64,000 nucleotides of DNA. Origin: Paraspadella gotoi. Its lineage: Eukaryota; Animalia; Chaetognatha. Below the pieces are notes generated by a model. It saw nothing but the letters and a program-made list of their open reading frames with translations, made no database searches and had not been told where the DNA came from. Position 1 is the stretch's first letter. The number at the start of each line of letters is the position of its first letter. Of the stretch, positions 11,177-25,364 are shown one piece after another. Where the stretch lies: the NCBI GenBank assembly GCA_051294375.1, contig JBJCIZ010000239.1, positions 5,594,993-5,658,992 on the forward strand, read 5' to 3'. The translations under genes and the position numbers were made by a program.

Positions 11177-13750
11177 TTATTCGTCCTCATCCGAAACTTC
11201 GTCTCATTCTATGAAACATTTCGCTGTTCTTTTGTATCTCAACCAGAGACATTCGCCGCGTGGTCCTCTACAGCGTAAACCCCAAAATCCAACAGATAAA
11301 AACAAAAGCTTTTGAAAAAAATCATTTTATCTCTTTCTCTCTATCTCTATCTCTCATCTCCTCTCTATTTTAATCTAAAAAATATATATATTTATTATAA
11401 TCGACTAAAATTATTTTTATTCGGTAAGTAAGTTGATTTATGGACTGAGAAAAAGTCGCGTAAACTCCGATAAATCCGTATCGAAACCCTAAAACAATAG
11501 TAAGCCGTATGTACTAAAAAAAGCTGTTAAACCATATGCATTTGAAAAATTTCATCCGTTAGTGACTTAAGAACTGTGAAACCTGTATTTAAAAAGCTGT
11601 TAATTTATGCCTAATAAGTACCCTTAAATCTCCCTCGCTATTCTTGCATAACGAAAAACCCTATGCTTGAACTTTTCTCAGACTTTACGTAATGCTTGAC
11701 CCACCGAGCGTCGTAACATTCTACTATAGCTATTTTTTTGAACTTTCTGTCTCAGGAAATTTGACGTTTTATAATTATTGAAACATATTTTTAGACGCCA
11801 CCGAGTCGCCAGAATATAACGTATATATACAGTATATAACGTATTAACTATCATGAGTCACATCTTTCTTTACAATGTTTTTTTTAATTGTTTTTTTGTT
11901 TGGTTTTTAAATGAAAAACAAAAACATTAAATAAATAAACGCAATAACTTTGATTAAGGTCGCCGATGTCAATAGACATAAAAATGTTTAGCTTCAAGAA
12001 GTAAATCCCGAGATGTAACACGGTAGAGAAACGAAAACATTAAAAAAACACACGCCACACAACAAAAAAAACAAACAACAACAAACGAAATGTATTTAAA
12101 TCGAGCCTGAAAAAAACTTCTTGCTCGGCGTGGTATGAGGCCGTGTCGATGCCCGGAAGCGGAGACTTGTGAGTGTGAGCGATGCTCTTTTCTTGAAATC
12201 CTCCGGGCGAAGTCGGGTTTCCCTGACTCGTGCTGCCGCAGACGGAGGCGGGAAATGAAAAAAAAAGGAGCGAGAAGTATTTAGTTTAAAATAGTCAATT
12301 TATGTATTTAATATATGTTATATTTTTATCATTACTAGCACTATTCCTATGATGTAATATTTCTGTCACGTCTTCGCAAGCACAGGGAATAAAATGGTAA
12401 TAAGAATTAGTTTTTATTGCTCGATTCATGTTCGTTATCATTGAGCAAATTATTTTTATTGTTAAATTATTATTAATAATATAAATTATGAGTTATTTGA
12501 TTATTATCATTATATATAATTATTATTTATTATTATTATTATTATTATTATTTTATTATTATTATTATTATCTATTATATTATATTATATTATTATATTA
12601 TTATTTATTTGTCCTACCAATCCAGGCGAGGTAGCTCCTACACTCCTCGCCTCTGGCGACGTGAATTGCTTCCATCCTGACCTAAGAACAAATTAATAAA
12701 TTTTATAAATATATATTTATATATTATACTTATAATTAATTATATTATTATATATATATTTATTTATGATGGCTGATCACCCATCAACGCCGTAAAAGAG
12801 CATTCGTAAATCCACCTTCGCAACTCTGAATGGTCCCGGGTCTAGCCAGCTCGGAACGGTTCTTGCCGAAAGAGTGACGGGCCGTTAATCACCGCTAACA
12901 AAGCCTACCGCCGGTTACAAAGTTATGGACAAAAAAAAATTAGCATACCCAGTACCACTTGCCCACACTAGTGTGGGTGGAATTCCACACCATCTATTTT
13001 TTTGGATATTTTTGCGATTAATAATTAAAAATAATGGAGATTCATTCTCTGCTAAAAAAAATTATCTATTTTTAAAGTCACACGGACTCGGCGAAGTCGG
13101 GCGACTGAACGGCGATTCTCTCCCCAGTGATCTGATTGGTCGACGAGGCCGCTGAGCGCTCCATGAGGTTGCGTTTCGTCCCTCGTCGTCATTGAGGGGA
13201 GTCTCTCTTCGGACGTTGGGGAGTTTCTCCTCCTGAGTAACGGGAATAGTAATGGTAATAGTAATGGTATAGTAATTGGTCAAAAATGAAGATGCGCGTC
13301 GTCAGTATATGACAATGAATTTAACAATGTCATTTTTTTGATTTTTAAATCGGAATAAAATTAAATTGTTAAGTTTGATGAGGAGTTTTAAATTAGGTTA
13401 GGATTATGATTAGGGATTAGATTATTGATTGTGGGCTTGAAGCCTAAGGTTGGAAATAGAATGTAGTTTAGAGTATAGGTATAGTTTAGAGTTTTTTTAA
13501 GGTTTTAAACTAGCGGTTGGGATTATGCCAGGGTAAACATTAGATTAAAAAATGGTTATAGATTCGTTAAGAGTATAAAAGTTAGACTTTTAGGATTAAA
13601 AATTAAATTCGGGGATAAAAAGGAAGAGAAATTGGGCGCTCTCGGAAAAAGCGCCAGTGCATCGAATTACCATTTCTGTACTGATTCCCGTTGAATGTTC
13701 TGATGTTGACGTCCGTGTTGTCGTTCTCTTCTGTTCAGTCGCTGATCCTG
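11177..13750 (-). CDS. Same orphan-gene exons in the probable native orientation (~13731-13748, 13081-13233, 12617-12682, 12117-12242, 11177-11270)
   Basis: Reverse complement of the exons at 2571-5103, with error-degraded splice sites. Confidence 0.5.
12775..12990 (+). mobile_element. Divergent member of the twister-like SINE family (also 3310-3540 - and 5420-5650 +)
   Basis: gccgaaagagtgacgggccgttaatcaccgc and aagttatggac...ttagc resemble gcggcaagagtgaggaaggccttaaacctcc and aagttacggat...ttagc of the 34.3/41.7 kb copies. Confidence 0.45.
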
Positions 13751-14171
13751 AGATGAAAAATTTACGACCGAAAATGAGATCGATTCCATCAATCTCATTT
13801 GGCTATTGTCGTATTGACATGAACTGTGTCATGAATAAAAAAAAGGGATATAGTTGCAACAAAAGTTGCAATTTTGGAAAAAGAAAAAAAACAGCAAAGA
13901 AAGAATCGCTCAGTTGTCTTTGCGAGTCATTTGGTCTCTTCTCTTTCTCTCTCTATCTGCTCTCTCTCTCTCTCTCTCTCTTCTCTCTCAAATCTCTCTC
14001 TCTCTCTTCTCTCTCTGTTCTCTCTCTCTCTTCTCTCTCTCCTCTCTCTCCCCTCTCATCTCTCTCTCCTCTTTTCTCTCTCTCTCCTTCTCTCCTTCTC
14101 TCTCTCTCTCTTTCTCTCTCTCCTTCGTCTCTGGGGCTCTCTTTTCTCTCTCTCTCTCTCCCTCTTCTCTC

Positions 14172-14202
<31 letters not shown>

Positions 14203-14281
14203 TCTTTTCTCTCTCTCTCTCTTCTCTCTCTCTCTCTTCTCTCTCTCTCTTCTCTCTCTCTCTTTCTCTCGCTCTCTCTCT

Positions 14282-14313
<32 letters not shown>

Positions 14314-15387
14314 GAAAAGAAAAAATATTTTTCTATTTTCGCCATTTGTTTTCAACCTATCTTAATTCACATCTCGCTACGGTTAAACATTAAAATTTCC
14401 TATTTTTTCGGGACAAATGATTAAAAAAAAATGACTGTTTTACGTTTCTTGTAACAATTTAACAAAAACTGCTCTTGTCCGTCTCAGCCGCTTAGACGAA
14501 GTTGGGATTCATTTTTTCAGGTTAAGAATCGCAGCGCGAATTTTCTTTATTTGAAGATTCACCACTATCTCATCGCCAATTGTTAACCCTTTGGATGGAA
14601 TATGGCAATTTTTTTCATGCATAATATCCCTCAGAACTAAATTTTAGATGTTTTACCAATTTAAGGTGGCAAATTATTTCAAAATAACAACGACACAACA
14701 AAAACGACTACGACAATATGAAAATAGAAAAAAATGTCGTCGTCTCGTATCCAATAAAATATTAATCAAAAATTCATTTAATAATATAATAGTGTTATCT
14801 TGCCCTGACTTTGGACACTGACAATTGACCGGCTTTGGCGGAAATGGCTCATATCCCTCTTAACAAAATAATAACATAGCAACTGCACACGCGAAAGGAC
14901 ATCTACGCCCTTTTCACGTATCTTCGCATGAATTCGCGCATGCGTAACCTGCGTGCGATTCTGCATGCAATCCTGCGTACGGATGGAACTGAAACCCAAC
15001 CGATGTCTCGCAAGCGACGTCAATTTTAGAAAAAAAAAAAAAAAAAGAGAAGACAACGTTTGACAGAAAACTTCTCATCTGACTTTGATTGGTTCCAGTT
15101 GGTTCCATGGTCATTGGATCCCATTGCACGCGATCGATGGAATGAATTGTTTTTGTTTATCGACATGAACAATGTGCAGTTCAAATGAATTTAAAAGAAA
15201 AGTCGTTTTTAATATGCTAATTTCGATTTGAGCGATAAAATATAATTGGGGTTGGAATCAAAACGATATTTACGGTACTACATATCTAAGCGAAGTCGTG
15301 GACAGACGATCGAAATAAATCGAGATTATGTTTTTATGTCATAGGATGGGGGAAGAGAGAAGAGAGAGAGAGAGAGAGAGAAGAGAG

Positions 15388-15442
<55 letters not shown>

Positions 15443-16084
15443 CGAAATTGGGCCCTATTTTTTAAGACGCCCTAATTCATGTTAAATTTTTTGGGTATAA
15501 AATTAGAGATAAGAGGTTAAAGTTTTGGATTGGTTTAAGGATTAAGTTAATAATTAAGGGTTAGGGATATAAAATTAAGGTGTCGGTTATAATAAAGATT
15601 ATTATACATAAAAATTAATAAATTATGTTACGAAATGACTATCTTTATTCACGAAGAAATCCAGCTTCTCCACTTTTCCCGATGCTCTTTTGTGTCTTTT
15701 TTAACTGACGCAAGAATGCCAGCTTTTCAGCGATTACAGAGACATCTTTTGGTTTAGACTTTTGTTATATATATACTTAAGTACAGATTCCGCTGGCAAT
15801 TCTGATTGTTCATCGGATTTTAATGATTTTAATTACAATTTATCGATATGAACAATAGATCTGTCATTCTTGCACTTTTCAGTTCTCTGTGAAAATCTCG
15901 GATCTTTAGTTTTAGAAAACTATTTGTAATTGCTGGATTGGTAGGACTTTCCTGTGAGAGAAGCAACTTATGTTACTATTTTGGCTTCAACGAAACAATG
16001 TAAAAAGATTCTTATAACTTTATAATATATTTGCTGAGTTTGTATTAAATGTTTTGTTATTCTTGCCAGGACTTTCTAAACTTC

Positions 16085-16260
16085 CTTCTTCACCTTACTT
16101 CACTTTACTTCACCTTCAACTTCACTTCACTTCACTTTACTTCTTCAACTATTCCTGGGCTTCGCCTTCGGCCGAGACTTTGTCGTCCTCTGCTATTGAG
16201 CTTCATAGACCGGCGCCATCGTCTCTCTGCGCCCATTACGCCACAAATACCAACCTTATT
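16085..16260 (-). mobile_element. RTE-like non-LTR retrotransposon 3' end
   Basis: Minus strand reads ...RRWRRSMKLNSRGRQ..., resembling the RTE C-terminal DRxxWR motif, followed by a small hairpin and an (AAGTG)n-type tandem tail. Confidence 0.5.
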
Positions 16261-16334
16261 TGGCGAGAGTTAGCCGGAAAGTTAGCAAGTCAATGAAACC
16301 ACTCATCCGAATTAGTCAAACAATTATTTTATTA

Positions 16335-16368
<34 letters not shown>

Positions 16369-16379
16369 TATTATTATTA

Positions 16380-16477
<98 letters not shown>

Positions 16478-16875
16478 ATTATTATTATGATTCAAGCATT
16501 AGGTTAGGGTTAGGGATTAGGGATTTAGGGTTATGAGTTTAAAAATATATTTAGGCCTTTGCAAAAGATCTAAAAAACTCAAAAGATGGAATCAAGTGGA
16601 ACCGAATGAAATCGGATCATAAACTCGGGGAGAAATTACCGAAAATGGAATCGGAGCTCTCTGATTAGTTGAGATTCAGATAGAACAGGCCAATAGGCGG
16701 ATAGGCTTATCCGCATTAAAGTTAATAGAAAATTCTGGGATAAACAAACCGAAATGGAACAGTCTTGGAAAAGTGAGCCCGAATTTGCATATGTGCGTAA
16801 ACTTTCCCACGACTTTTTTATGTTCCTCTTTTTTTTCATTGAATTTCTGGATGGCGGAATACGACGACGACACAC

Positions 16876-16913
<38 letters not shown>

Positions 16914-17669
16914 ACGACGACGACGACGACGACGACGCGAAAACAGCATCCCTTTATAAACATATACGACAAGATTAATTTGAAACCCGTCATTGGCCTG
17001 ACAAAGGCAGGAACGATTATGAAAAAAAAAAACCCTCATGTCCGAAGATAAGTACAACAACGAAGGCCAATAAATGACTTGGGTTTTGTTGGCTAAAGAG
17101 AATTCGGTATTGGTGTCGAGATCAAAAGGCGTGTCTCTATTTGTTTTATTGTATAAAATTGGCAAGAAACAATATAAAATTATCCACTCGTAATAAATAA
17201 GCTATCTTGCCCCTGACTTTGGACAGCGTTTGGTGGCTTATGGCCTCCGTCACTCTCACAAGATAATGACATAGGAGGTTCCCCGCACTTTCATCAAGAG
17301 TCTCACAAGAGCTCGTAATTTTAGATTGGTTATGAAGGAAATTTTGTTAGTAAATTGTTAATGGTTGGTAGCAGTAGCGTTTATGATCGGAATTCTCATC
17401 TACTTCGAAAACGAGTCGCTGCGCCTCTTTTACAATATGTGGNNNNNNNNNNNNNNNNNNNNNNNNNGTTTAATGTAAGTTTATAATTAAAATTTAGCAG
17501 TTATGAAATAGGTACGACCAATATGAAATTATCCATATATTCAATAAATAAGTTATCCCTCTTACAAGCGCTAACATATCTGGACACCATATTCAAATAT
17601 ATTTAAAAATACTTAAAATCAATATAAATAAACCGTTCCAAACCCCCCCCCACCCTTATAAATTCAAAC

Positions 17670-18030
17670 CTGGCCCGATCGCGTTCCTCATGGCGCCGTT
17701 GGAGTTGGTCGATTCCTCGGCGCTGTTGTTGGCGTTGTTGTGGTTCACGGCGATGTTGTTGGCGTTGGCGTTGTTGGCGTTGTTGGCGTGATTGTCATCG
17801 TTGCCCTGATCAGCGTCGTCCTTCTGCGGGTATGTCACCATCTCGACGACGAAGATGAGGTAAGGTGAGGATCCGAGTCTCGTGACTCCTTTCTCCTGCT
17901 GCGGCGGCGGCGGCGGCGGTTGTGGGCGTGGCTTGGGCGGCGTCGACTTGGGAACGAACGGTCATGATTCGGAAAGATTCGGGGTTCGATTCCCTCTTTG
18001 ATCGTCTGAAGACGAATCGGTTCTTCAAAC
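17670..18030 (-). CDS. Asn/Ala/Pro-rich coding exon (duplicate at ~1263-1620)
   Basis: Open frame PFVPKSTPPKPRPQPPPPPPQQEKGVTRLGSSPYLIFVVEMVTYPQKDDADQGNDDNHANNANN...RNAIGP ending at ccag|gtttg; aac/gcc codon periodicity; 5' boundary uncertain. Confidence 0.5.
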
Positions 18031-21000
18031 TGTTTTTTTTTTTTCAGTGAAATAGGATTTATTTTCCTCGAAATTATTTATTTATTTATTATTTTTCTTT
18101 ATGCTTCAAACTTTTGAATCACTTTTGTATTTTTTTTTTTTTTTTATATTAATTATCCTTTTTTTCAGGATGATTATTTCCCCACGCGAGACTTCAAAAT
18201 AAATTTTTTATTTTCTTCTCAAAAAGTCAGAAAAGTTTATAAACGTTTGATGACTAATTCGTTATATATAAGCTACTATTTTTATGTTGTTTGGTTCGAG
18301 AAAAAAATGGGAACTGACTAGAATTTGGAATTTTTTTCTGTTTCGTTTTTTGTTTCTCGGAGCCTCGTTTTCGAAATGCGTTTTTTGTTTGTTTGTTTAC
18401 TTTTTTTTCGACCCCCCCAAAAAATAAATCTTTTTTTTTTTTTTTCGATTCGTGTTTTTTTTTTTTTATTTTTCACTTTTTTTTCTTTTTTGTTTTCTTT
18501 TTGTTTGTTGTTGTTGTAGGGCTGTCGAATTTTTTTTTCTTTAAAAAAAAAAGGTTTATTGTGGTTTCGAGGCGATTTTTATTATTGAGGGAAGAAAGGA
18601 AAGGAAATTGGCTACAAATTGTGACTTTCTATAAAAAAGGAGTCCAAAAAAATGCAAAATTTATGTAGGCATGTAGCTTTTTTGTATTGTTTTGAGAAAG
18701 GAAAGGACGAAGAAGAGAGAAAGAGACGGAGAGAGATATCCTCTTGTTNNNNNNNNNNNNNNNNNNNNNNNNNTTTCAGCGATGATTATTTCCCCACGCG
18801 AGACTTCAAAATAAATTTTTATTTTCTTCTCAAAAAGTCCAAAAGTTTATAAAACGTTTGATGACTAATTCGTATAATCTATATTTTTATTGTTTGTTCG
18901 AGAAAAAAATGGAACTGACTAGAATTTGAATTTCTTTCGTTTCGTTTTTGTTTCTCGGANNNNNNNNNNNNNNNNNNNNNNNNNNNNNNNNNNNNNNNNN
19001 NNNNNNNNNNNNNNNNNNNNNNNNNNNNNNNNNNNNNNNNNNNNNNNNNNNNNNNNNNNNNNNNNNNNNNNNNNNNNNNNNNNNNNNNNNNNNNNNNNNN
19101 NNNNNNNNNNNNNNNNNNNNNNNNNNNNNNNNNNNNNNNNNNNNNNNNNNNNNNNNNNNNNNNNNNNNNNNAAAAAAAAGGTTTATTTGGGTTTCGAGGA
19201 TTTTTTTTATTATGAGGGAAGAAGGAAAGGAAACTTGGCTACAAATTGTGACTTTCTNNNNNNNNNNNNNNNNNNNNNNNNNNNNNNNNNNNNNNNNNNN
19301 NNNNNNNNNNNNNNNNNNNNNNNNNNNNNNNNNNNNNNNNNNNNNNNNNNNNNNNNNNNNNNNNNNNNNNNNNNNNNNNNNNNNNNNNNNNNNNNNNNNN
19401 NNNNNNNNNNNNNNNNNNNNNNNNNNNNNNNNNNNNNNNNNNNNNNNNNNNNNNNNNNNNNNNNNNNNNNNNNNNGAGAGAGAGAGACAGAGAGACAGAG
19501 AGATGCAATTTTTAAATGAAATTTTAAATTTTTTTACTAACAATTTTGTCTACAAAATGAATTAATCGAGCTAAAGACAGAATTTCACACGCGTTCGTAA
19601 ACCTTCAAAAATATGAATAAAGTAGATATTGTTTTGGTCGTAATTGTCAAGAGAATTGGTTTTTTTGTTTTTATACGCCCACTTTACAGATGGGAATCGT
19701 TAAAGTAAAACGAAAAGAGACGATAATTATTTTTTATTGTATGTTTTACGTGTTTATAAACAAAACTCCGACGACGTGAACTATGATGATAAGCGATAGA
19801 AAAATTGTTTTTCTGTTTATAGAATTGAAAAAAAAATTAACAACAAACAAACATAGTACTGATATCTTTTTTTTTTTAAATAAACATCGCGAAAAGTACA
19901 ATACAGAAGTACAATAAAAAAACATAAAACAAAACAAAAAAATGATCTGAAAAATGGAAAATTTTTTTTCTTCCCGTTTTTAGTCGCGACTCTCAGTTCC
20001 ATCAAGTCACTAATGTGTCGTCGTCGTCGTCGTCGTCGCGGCTTCGATAACCGTCGTCGTCCGTCGTTCTGTTATGGTGTGTGTTCTTGTCTGTCCGGCC
20101 AGCGGGAGCCGCTCCGCTGCTCGTCCACGGCAGCTGCTCTCTACGGGCTGCGTCCCGCCCGCTGGGCCAGTCTTTTGGTCGCTCGTATGCAGGACGCAGA
20201 GAAACATGGGGCCCCCCAAACTCGACTCCGACTCAGCTGCACGCGCTCTGTCACGATATAATACCGACAACAATGCGCCACCTCTCTCGACCGGATCGGT
20301 CAGTTGAAGAAGTAGGATTCCTTCGAAATTGACAGAATTAGACCACCACATAATAGCTGGAGACATGAGCCAACTACATTACTCTGTTTCGTGCTGTTAT
20401 ACTTATTTACAAAAGTAATTCAATAAAAGCTCAAGGTTAAAAAATTATAAATTTGGCAGTTTGCCTTAGGATTTTGAATCTCTTGAATTAAATTAAATCA
20501 CATTCTCGGCCATGTGTCGGTTCTTTAACTACAAATACAATCGCCCCTATAAAAAGAAATAACAATAACACAATACTTTAACAACACGGAAGATATCTGT
20601 TTCTCAATTTAACGATCAATTCTTCGTCGCTCTGGAACAGCTGTGGAATTGAGATCCGACCAGACGCGACAAGACCGACCGACCAAGAGATTCCGTCTAC
20701 CGAAGCGGATTTTCGATTCTGAGCCTAAAAAATAAGCATTTGTTGATTTTTTAAAATATTTTTGTTGGAGATAACTTGTAACTTGCGAATACAACGTTAT
20801 CGTCGATTGAAGTAATTTTATTAACTTACAAACATCGTTCAAATCCAGAATATGAAATTGGTACTACATAGCAAATAAGATATCCATTCAAAATTTCAAT
20901 GAATGAGCTATCTTGTCTCCTTTAGAAATATGGGCATTGGCAAAGAGTACATGAAAACTACAAGATTACTTCTTTTACGATATTTTTAAGAATAAAATTT

Positions 21001-21322
21001 TTAAAACATCTGAAGAGCATAGTTATAATTTCATTTAAAGAAAAAAAAAACATTTTATATATTTTAAGAATCTAACAATTATATCTTGATTTGGTTAACA
21101 ATAAATATCCAACAGAAAGGAAAAAGCATATTCACTGTCATATTATCAGAGCTCATCCTCCTCCTCCTCCTCCTCCTCCTCCTCCTCCTCCTCATTTCTC
21201 AGAAATGGAAAAAAAAAAACGAAAAGAAGAGCAACATAATTTTTCCCTCTTTCGGCGTGGGATTAGTTGAACTCAACAAAAACCTGACCTCATCAAAAAA
21301 TATGGAGGCGTCGTCGTCGTCA

Positions 21323-21363
<41 letters not shown>

Positions 21364-22779
21364 CTCATTTGGTCTTGTCTTATTTGAAGTTACTAATTTT
21401 CTAATCAGTTTATTGCCAAACAAAAATAAAAAGAGGAATTAGTTACTTTTTGGAAGATTAGCAAACTTTAACTTTGAAAAATAAAATGGCCAAAAAAAAA
21501 GTCAAACTGTCAGAAATAAAATAATTTAAAAAAAAATGATACGAAGTTGTTAAGACCAATATAAAAATTATCCATTCATTTAATAAATAAGTTATATTGC
21601 CCCTAACTTTGGGACAGACTTTGGGGGTTTAAGGCCTCCATCACTCTCACAAGAAAATGGAGATACGAACGAAGGAACGAAGGAACGAACGAAAGAAAGA
21701 ACGAAGGAACGAACGAACGNNNNNNNNNNNNNNNNNNNNNNNNNNNNNNNNNNNNNNNNNNNNNNNNNNNNNNNNNNNNNNNNNNNNNNNNNNNNNNNNN
21801 NNNNNNNNNNNNNNNNNNNNNNNNNNNNNNNNNNNNNNNNNNNNNNNNNNNNNNNNNNNNNNNNNNNNNNNNNNNNNNNNNNNNNNNNNNNNNNNNNNNN
21901 NNNNNNNNNNNNNNNNNNNNNNNNNNNNNNNNNNNNNNNNNNNNNNNNNNNNNNNNNNNNNNNNNNNNNNNNNNNNNNNNNNNNNNNNNNNNNNNNNNNN
22001 NNGGGGGGGCCGAGGGAGGGAAGACATCTTTTGCTCGCAGAAACAAGGCTAAGAAAAAAAAAAGGCTGCGGTGAAGAAGCAGCGGCAGGACGACGGCGTC
22101 CTGACGCTGCGGAGGAACGACATCGAAGTCTTTCTCTCTCTCTCTCTCTNNNNNNNNNNNNNNNNNNNNNNNNNNNNNNNNNNNNNNNNNNNNNNNNNNN
22201 NNNNNNNNNNNNNNNNNNNNNNNNNNNNNNNNNNNNNNNNNNNNNNNNNNNNNNNNNNNNNNNNNNNNNNNNNNNNNNNNNNNNNNNNNNNNNNNNNNNN
22301 NNNNNNNNNNNTCTCCCCGCGCGTGCTGATCGTCCGCGCTCTCCGCCCTGTCGATGCAGCGGCGGCAGCGAGAACGTTGGGGGCTGCGGCGGCGGAGACT
22401 GCTGCGGTGGAGAGCGGAGGCTGCTGACGGAAACTGCCGCTGCGGCTGCTGCGGTGGCGTTTTTATCAAAAAGATACATTCGTCAATCATCCCTTACCAT
22501 TTTCCTAATTTAAAATAAATATAAATAAAAATTAAAAAAAAGAACAATTTAACATAAAAATATAACGTTCTCGTATTTTTAAATTATAAAAATTAGTAAT
22601 AGATAATAATTTGATTTCTCTCTCCCTCGTATTTTTCTGTGACAAAAAAAAAATCCAAATGAATAAGAAAAGAGAAGAAAGAAAACGGGGCTCGCATTTC
22701 CAAGAAATCAAATTAGGATCTAATTTTAACGAATCCTTTCATTCATTTCCCCTTTTTTTTCTTTTTGGCGAACGTGGCA

Positions 22780-22950
22780 TCTTTTTCTGCGCGCAGCCGC
22801 CGCCGCCGCCGCCGCCGCGTCCTTCCGGCCACACCTCAGTCCTCCCGCAATTTTATACAGCCGTGCAGATAGGGCAGCATTTGAGTCCCGGCAGCTGCAA
22901 TGGGTGGGCGGCCTACGCCCCGGCCTATTTCTTCCTTTATGCCTATGTAT
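22780..22950 (-). promoter_or_regulatory. Candidate TATA-containing GC-rich promoter
   Basis: Minus strand has ctgTATAAAAttgcggg at ~22850, preceded by a CAGCTG E-box and CACCC/GC boxes and followed by a (GCG)n leader. Confidence 0.35.
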
Positions 22951-24724
22951 GAATTTTCGAAATGTTTTCTTTCCGATGATTTTTTGAAAGAGAGAATTTC
23001 GTAGGATGCGTGAGTTGAGGAATTTGGCGCTATGTTCCGAGGAACGACCCATTTCGTATGTCCGTAACTCTAATATTATTGCTTCAATTCTTTGAGCTTT
23101 TAATCTCTAACCTTAATCCTAAATTGCTAATTCTTATTTTTAGTTGGCGCCGCAGTAATTTGTGGGAAACACTCACATTTCAAAAGTGGGATTTATGAAA
23201 TAATTTTGTCAATTTTGAATTAGTTATATGAACGTCAATAGTATCAAGTTTTTATGTTTTTAGGATAAACTTGTATACTTTTATTGAAAAATCTTGGCTT
23301 ATAAAAAACAAACTAAACTTTGGAAGATTTTCTAACAATTAACTAAATATTTTTTTTAAAAATATCATCATAAATAACTTTAGAAAATTATGCTGATAAA
23401 TAAAACTAGACAAAGGATATCTCGTTTAGTATCAAGGAAAAGTTAACTACTAACTCGTAAAACATTTTTTAAATTGCATCTAATTTAGTATCTCGCAAAA
23501 AAGTTGAATTCATTTTTAACTATAAAAACTAACTGGTGTTCAAAATGTCCCATACTAATAAGCAATTGAATTAAAATTTAGTATTGAAACTCTTTCAAAG
23601 ACGTGCTAAAAAATTTGGTGTCAAAGCCAGTACTGTAGTACCGTACTGTATTACGGTACCGAACGAGAAGGAAAAAAAAAGAATTATACCACTAAATGTA
23701 TTTAAAATATGTTTTGGTTTAAATTAACATGATGATGTAAACGAAAATGAAAATACGAAAAGGAGAAATAAATGGGAAAATTAATTCTCAAAAAAAAAAA
23801 AAAATAATAATTTGCATAATGTAGTGATCGCGTCAGAAGTAGTTTTTATTCAACATTTCATCAAATTGTTTTTTTTAGCGACCGACCGACCGATGGAAAA
23901 TTGACAAAATGATCAGGACGGAAGTCTGGCGAAAGAGTCGTTCCATTTGGAACCGACCCTCGGATCCATGTTTTGAACAGATCTAGTTATAGCTTTAAAA
24001 GCTTAAAATAACTTGAAATTATACGCCAAAAAGCTATATTCAATTTAATATGGTAGAGAGAGACTAAAGAGAAGGAGATAGAGAGATAGAAAGAGAGAAT
24101 AGAAAGAAAAAAGAGGGAACTTCTCGATCTTAGGAAATTGTAAAAAAAGTTTGACATTTTAAATCAATAAAAGAAAAGAACGATGAACGACTTACCTGTA
24201 AAGTGACGCATTAATTTAAAATTTAAAACATTTAATTTATTCTGATTTTAATCAAAAAAACCGATTTAAGTCGACAAAGAAGATAAGGCCAAAATCTTTA
24301 GATGGAAAGAAGTCTAGTTTCTACTCCACTAAGTACTTTTTAGATGCTATCTAATTAGTGATATTTTATAATTACTGTTGTTATGGTTTTATTTGGGCAT
24401 GAAAAAAAGAAGGCGGCCTTAGTTTAAATTTTAAAATTGAAGAAAAAACTCGAGAGCCATTTGTCTGAAAAAAAAGATTAAACTGTCCCGCACTCTGGTG
24501 AGACACACGGCGAAAGTAGCCGTTTTTAAAACTTTAGGCAAACAAAAAGCCAAGTTATCGATTGGATTGGAAAGTGAAAAAAAAAAAAAAAGAAAAAAAG
24601 CACAGATGATAATAGTAAAAATTTATTTTAAAGTACATTTTTGAAATAAGTAATAAATTCTAAATTTTTTTTAAAAGCGAAAAAAAAAAACCAACTAATA
24701 ATAAAAAGAAATCCAAGTTAACGA

Positions 24725-25364
24725 AATCGGACATTCCTACCTTGCATGCTCTCGTTTGGGCGGGGTACTAAGCAAAGGCTTTTCAGAGTTCGGGACTGAA
24801 TCAAGCCACACAGCGGAACGAGCCCACACACAGCAAACAAAATGAGATTAAAAAAAAAAACGTACGTTTGTTTGTTATGATATTTTTTTTTTTTTAGAAA
24901 AATCACTTTGAGTTCAGTTTTGTAAGTTGGAAAATGTCCAAAACAAGAATTGATACCGAATTATATTAATACTATAGAATATAAATATATACTTAAATTA
25001 AAGTTTATATTTATTTATTGATATATTTTTATTTATTTTTAATTTTTAATCATTCATGATTCATAATTTATAATTATAATCACTTTTGTTAAAAAACATT
25101 TTTTAAAGCGTTTTTGCGTTCAACTAATGTTTAAATTTTACAGTCAATAAAAATTTACTTTCTTCATGTTTATGGATATTTTAATAATCCTATAATATAT
25201 GAAGAAAAGTAAGTGTATTTTAAGGCAATTTGTATTTTAACAAATAATTTAAGTGTTTAACGTTTAAGAAATATTGTTCTGAATAAAAAATTACAATTTT
25301 TAATGCAAAAAAAATATTAATAAAAAATCTAGTAGTAAATAATCAAATAAAAATCAATAAATAT
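24725..25364. repeat. Segment present three times (also 29495-30098 and 32137-32745)
   Basis: cattcctacc...gggcggggtactaagcaaaggc...gagttcgggactgaat in all three; copies 2 and 3 stay collinear to 30830/33500. Confidence 0.9.
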
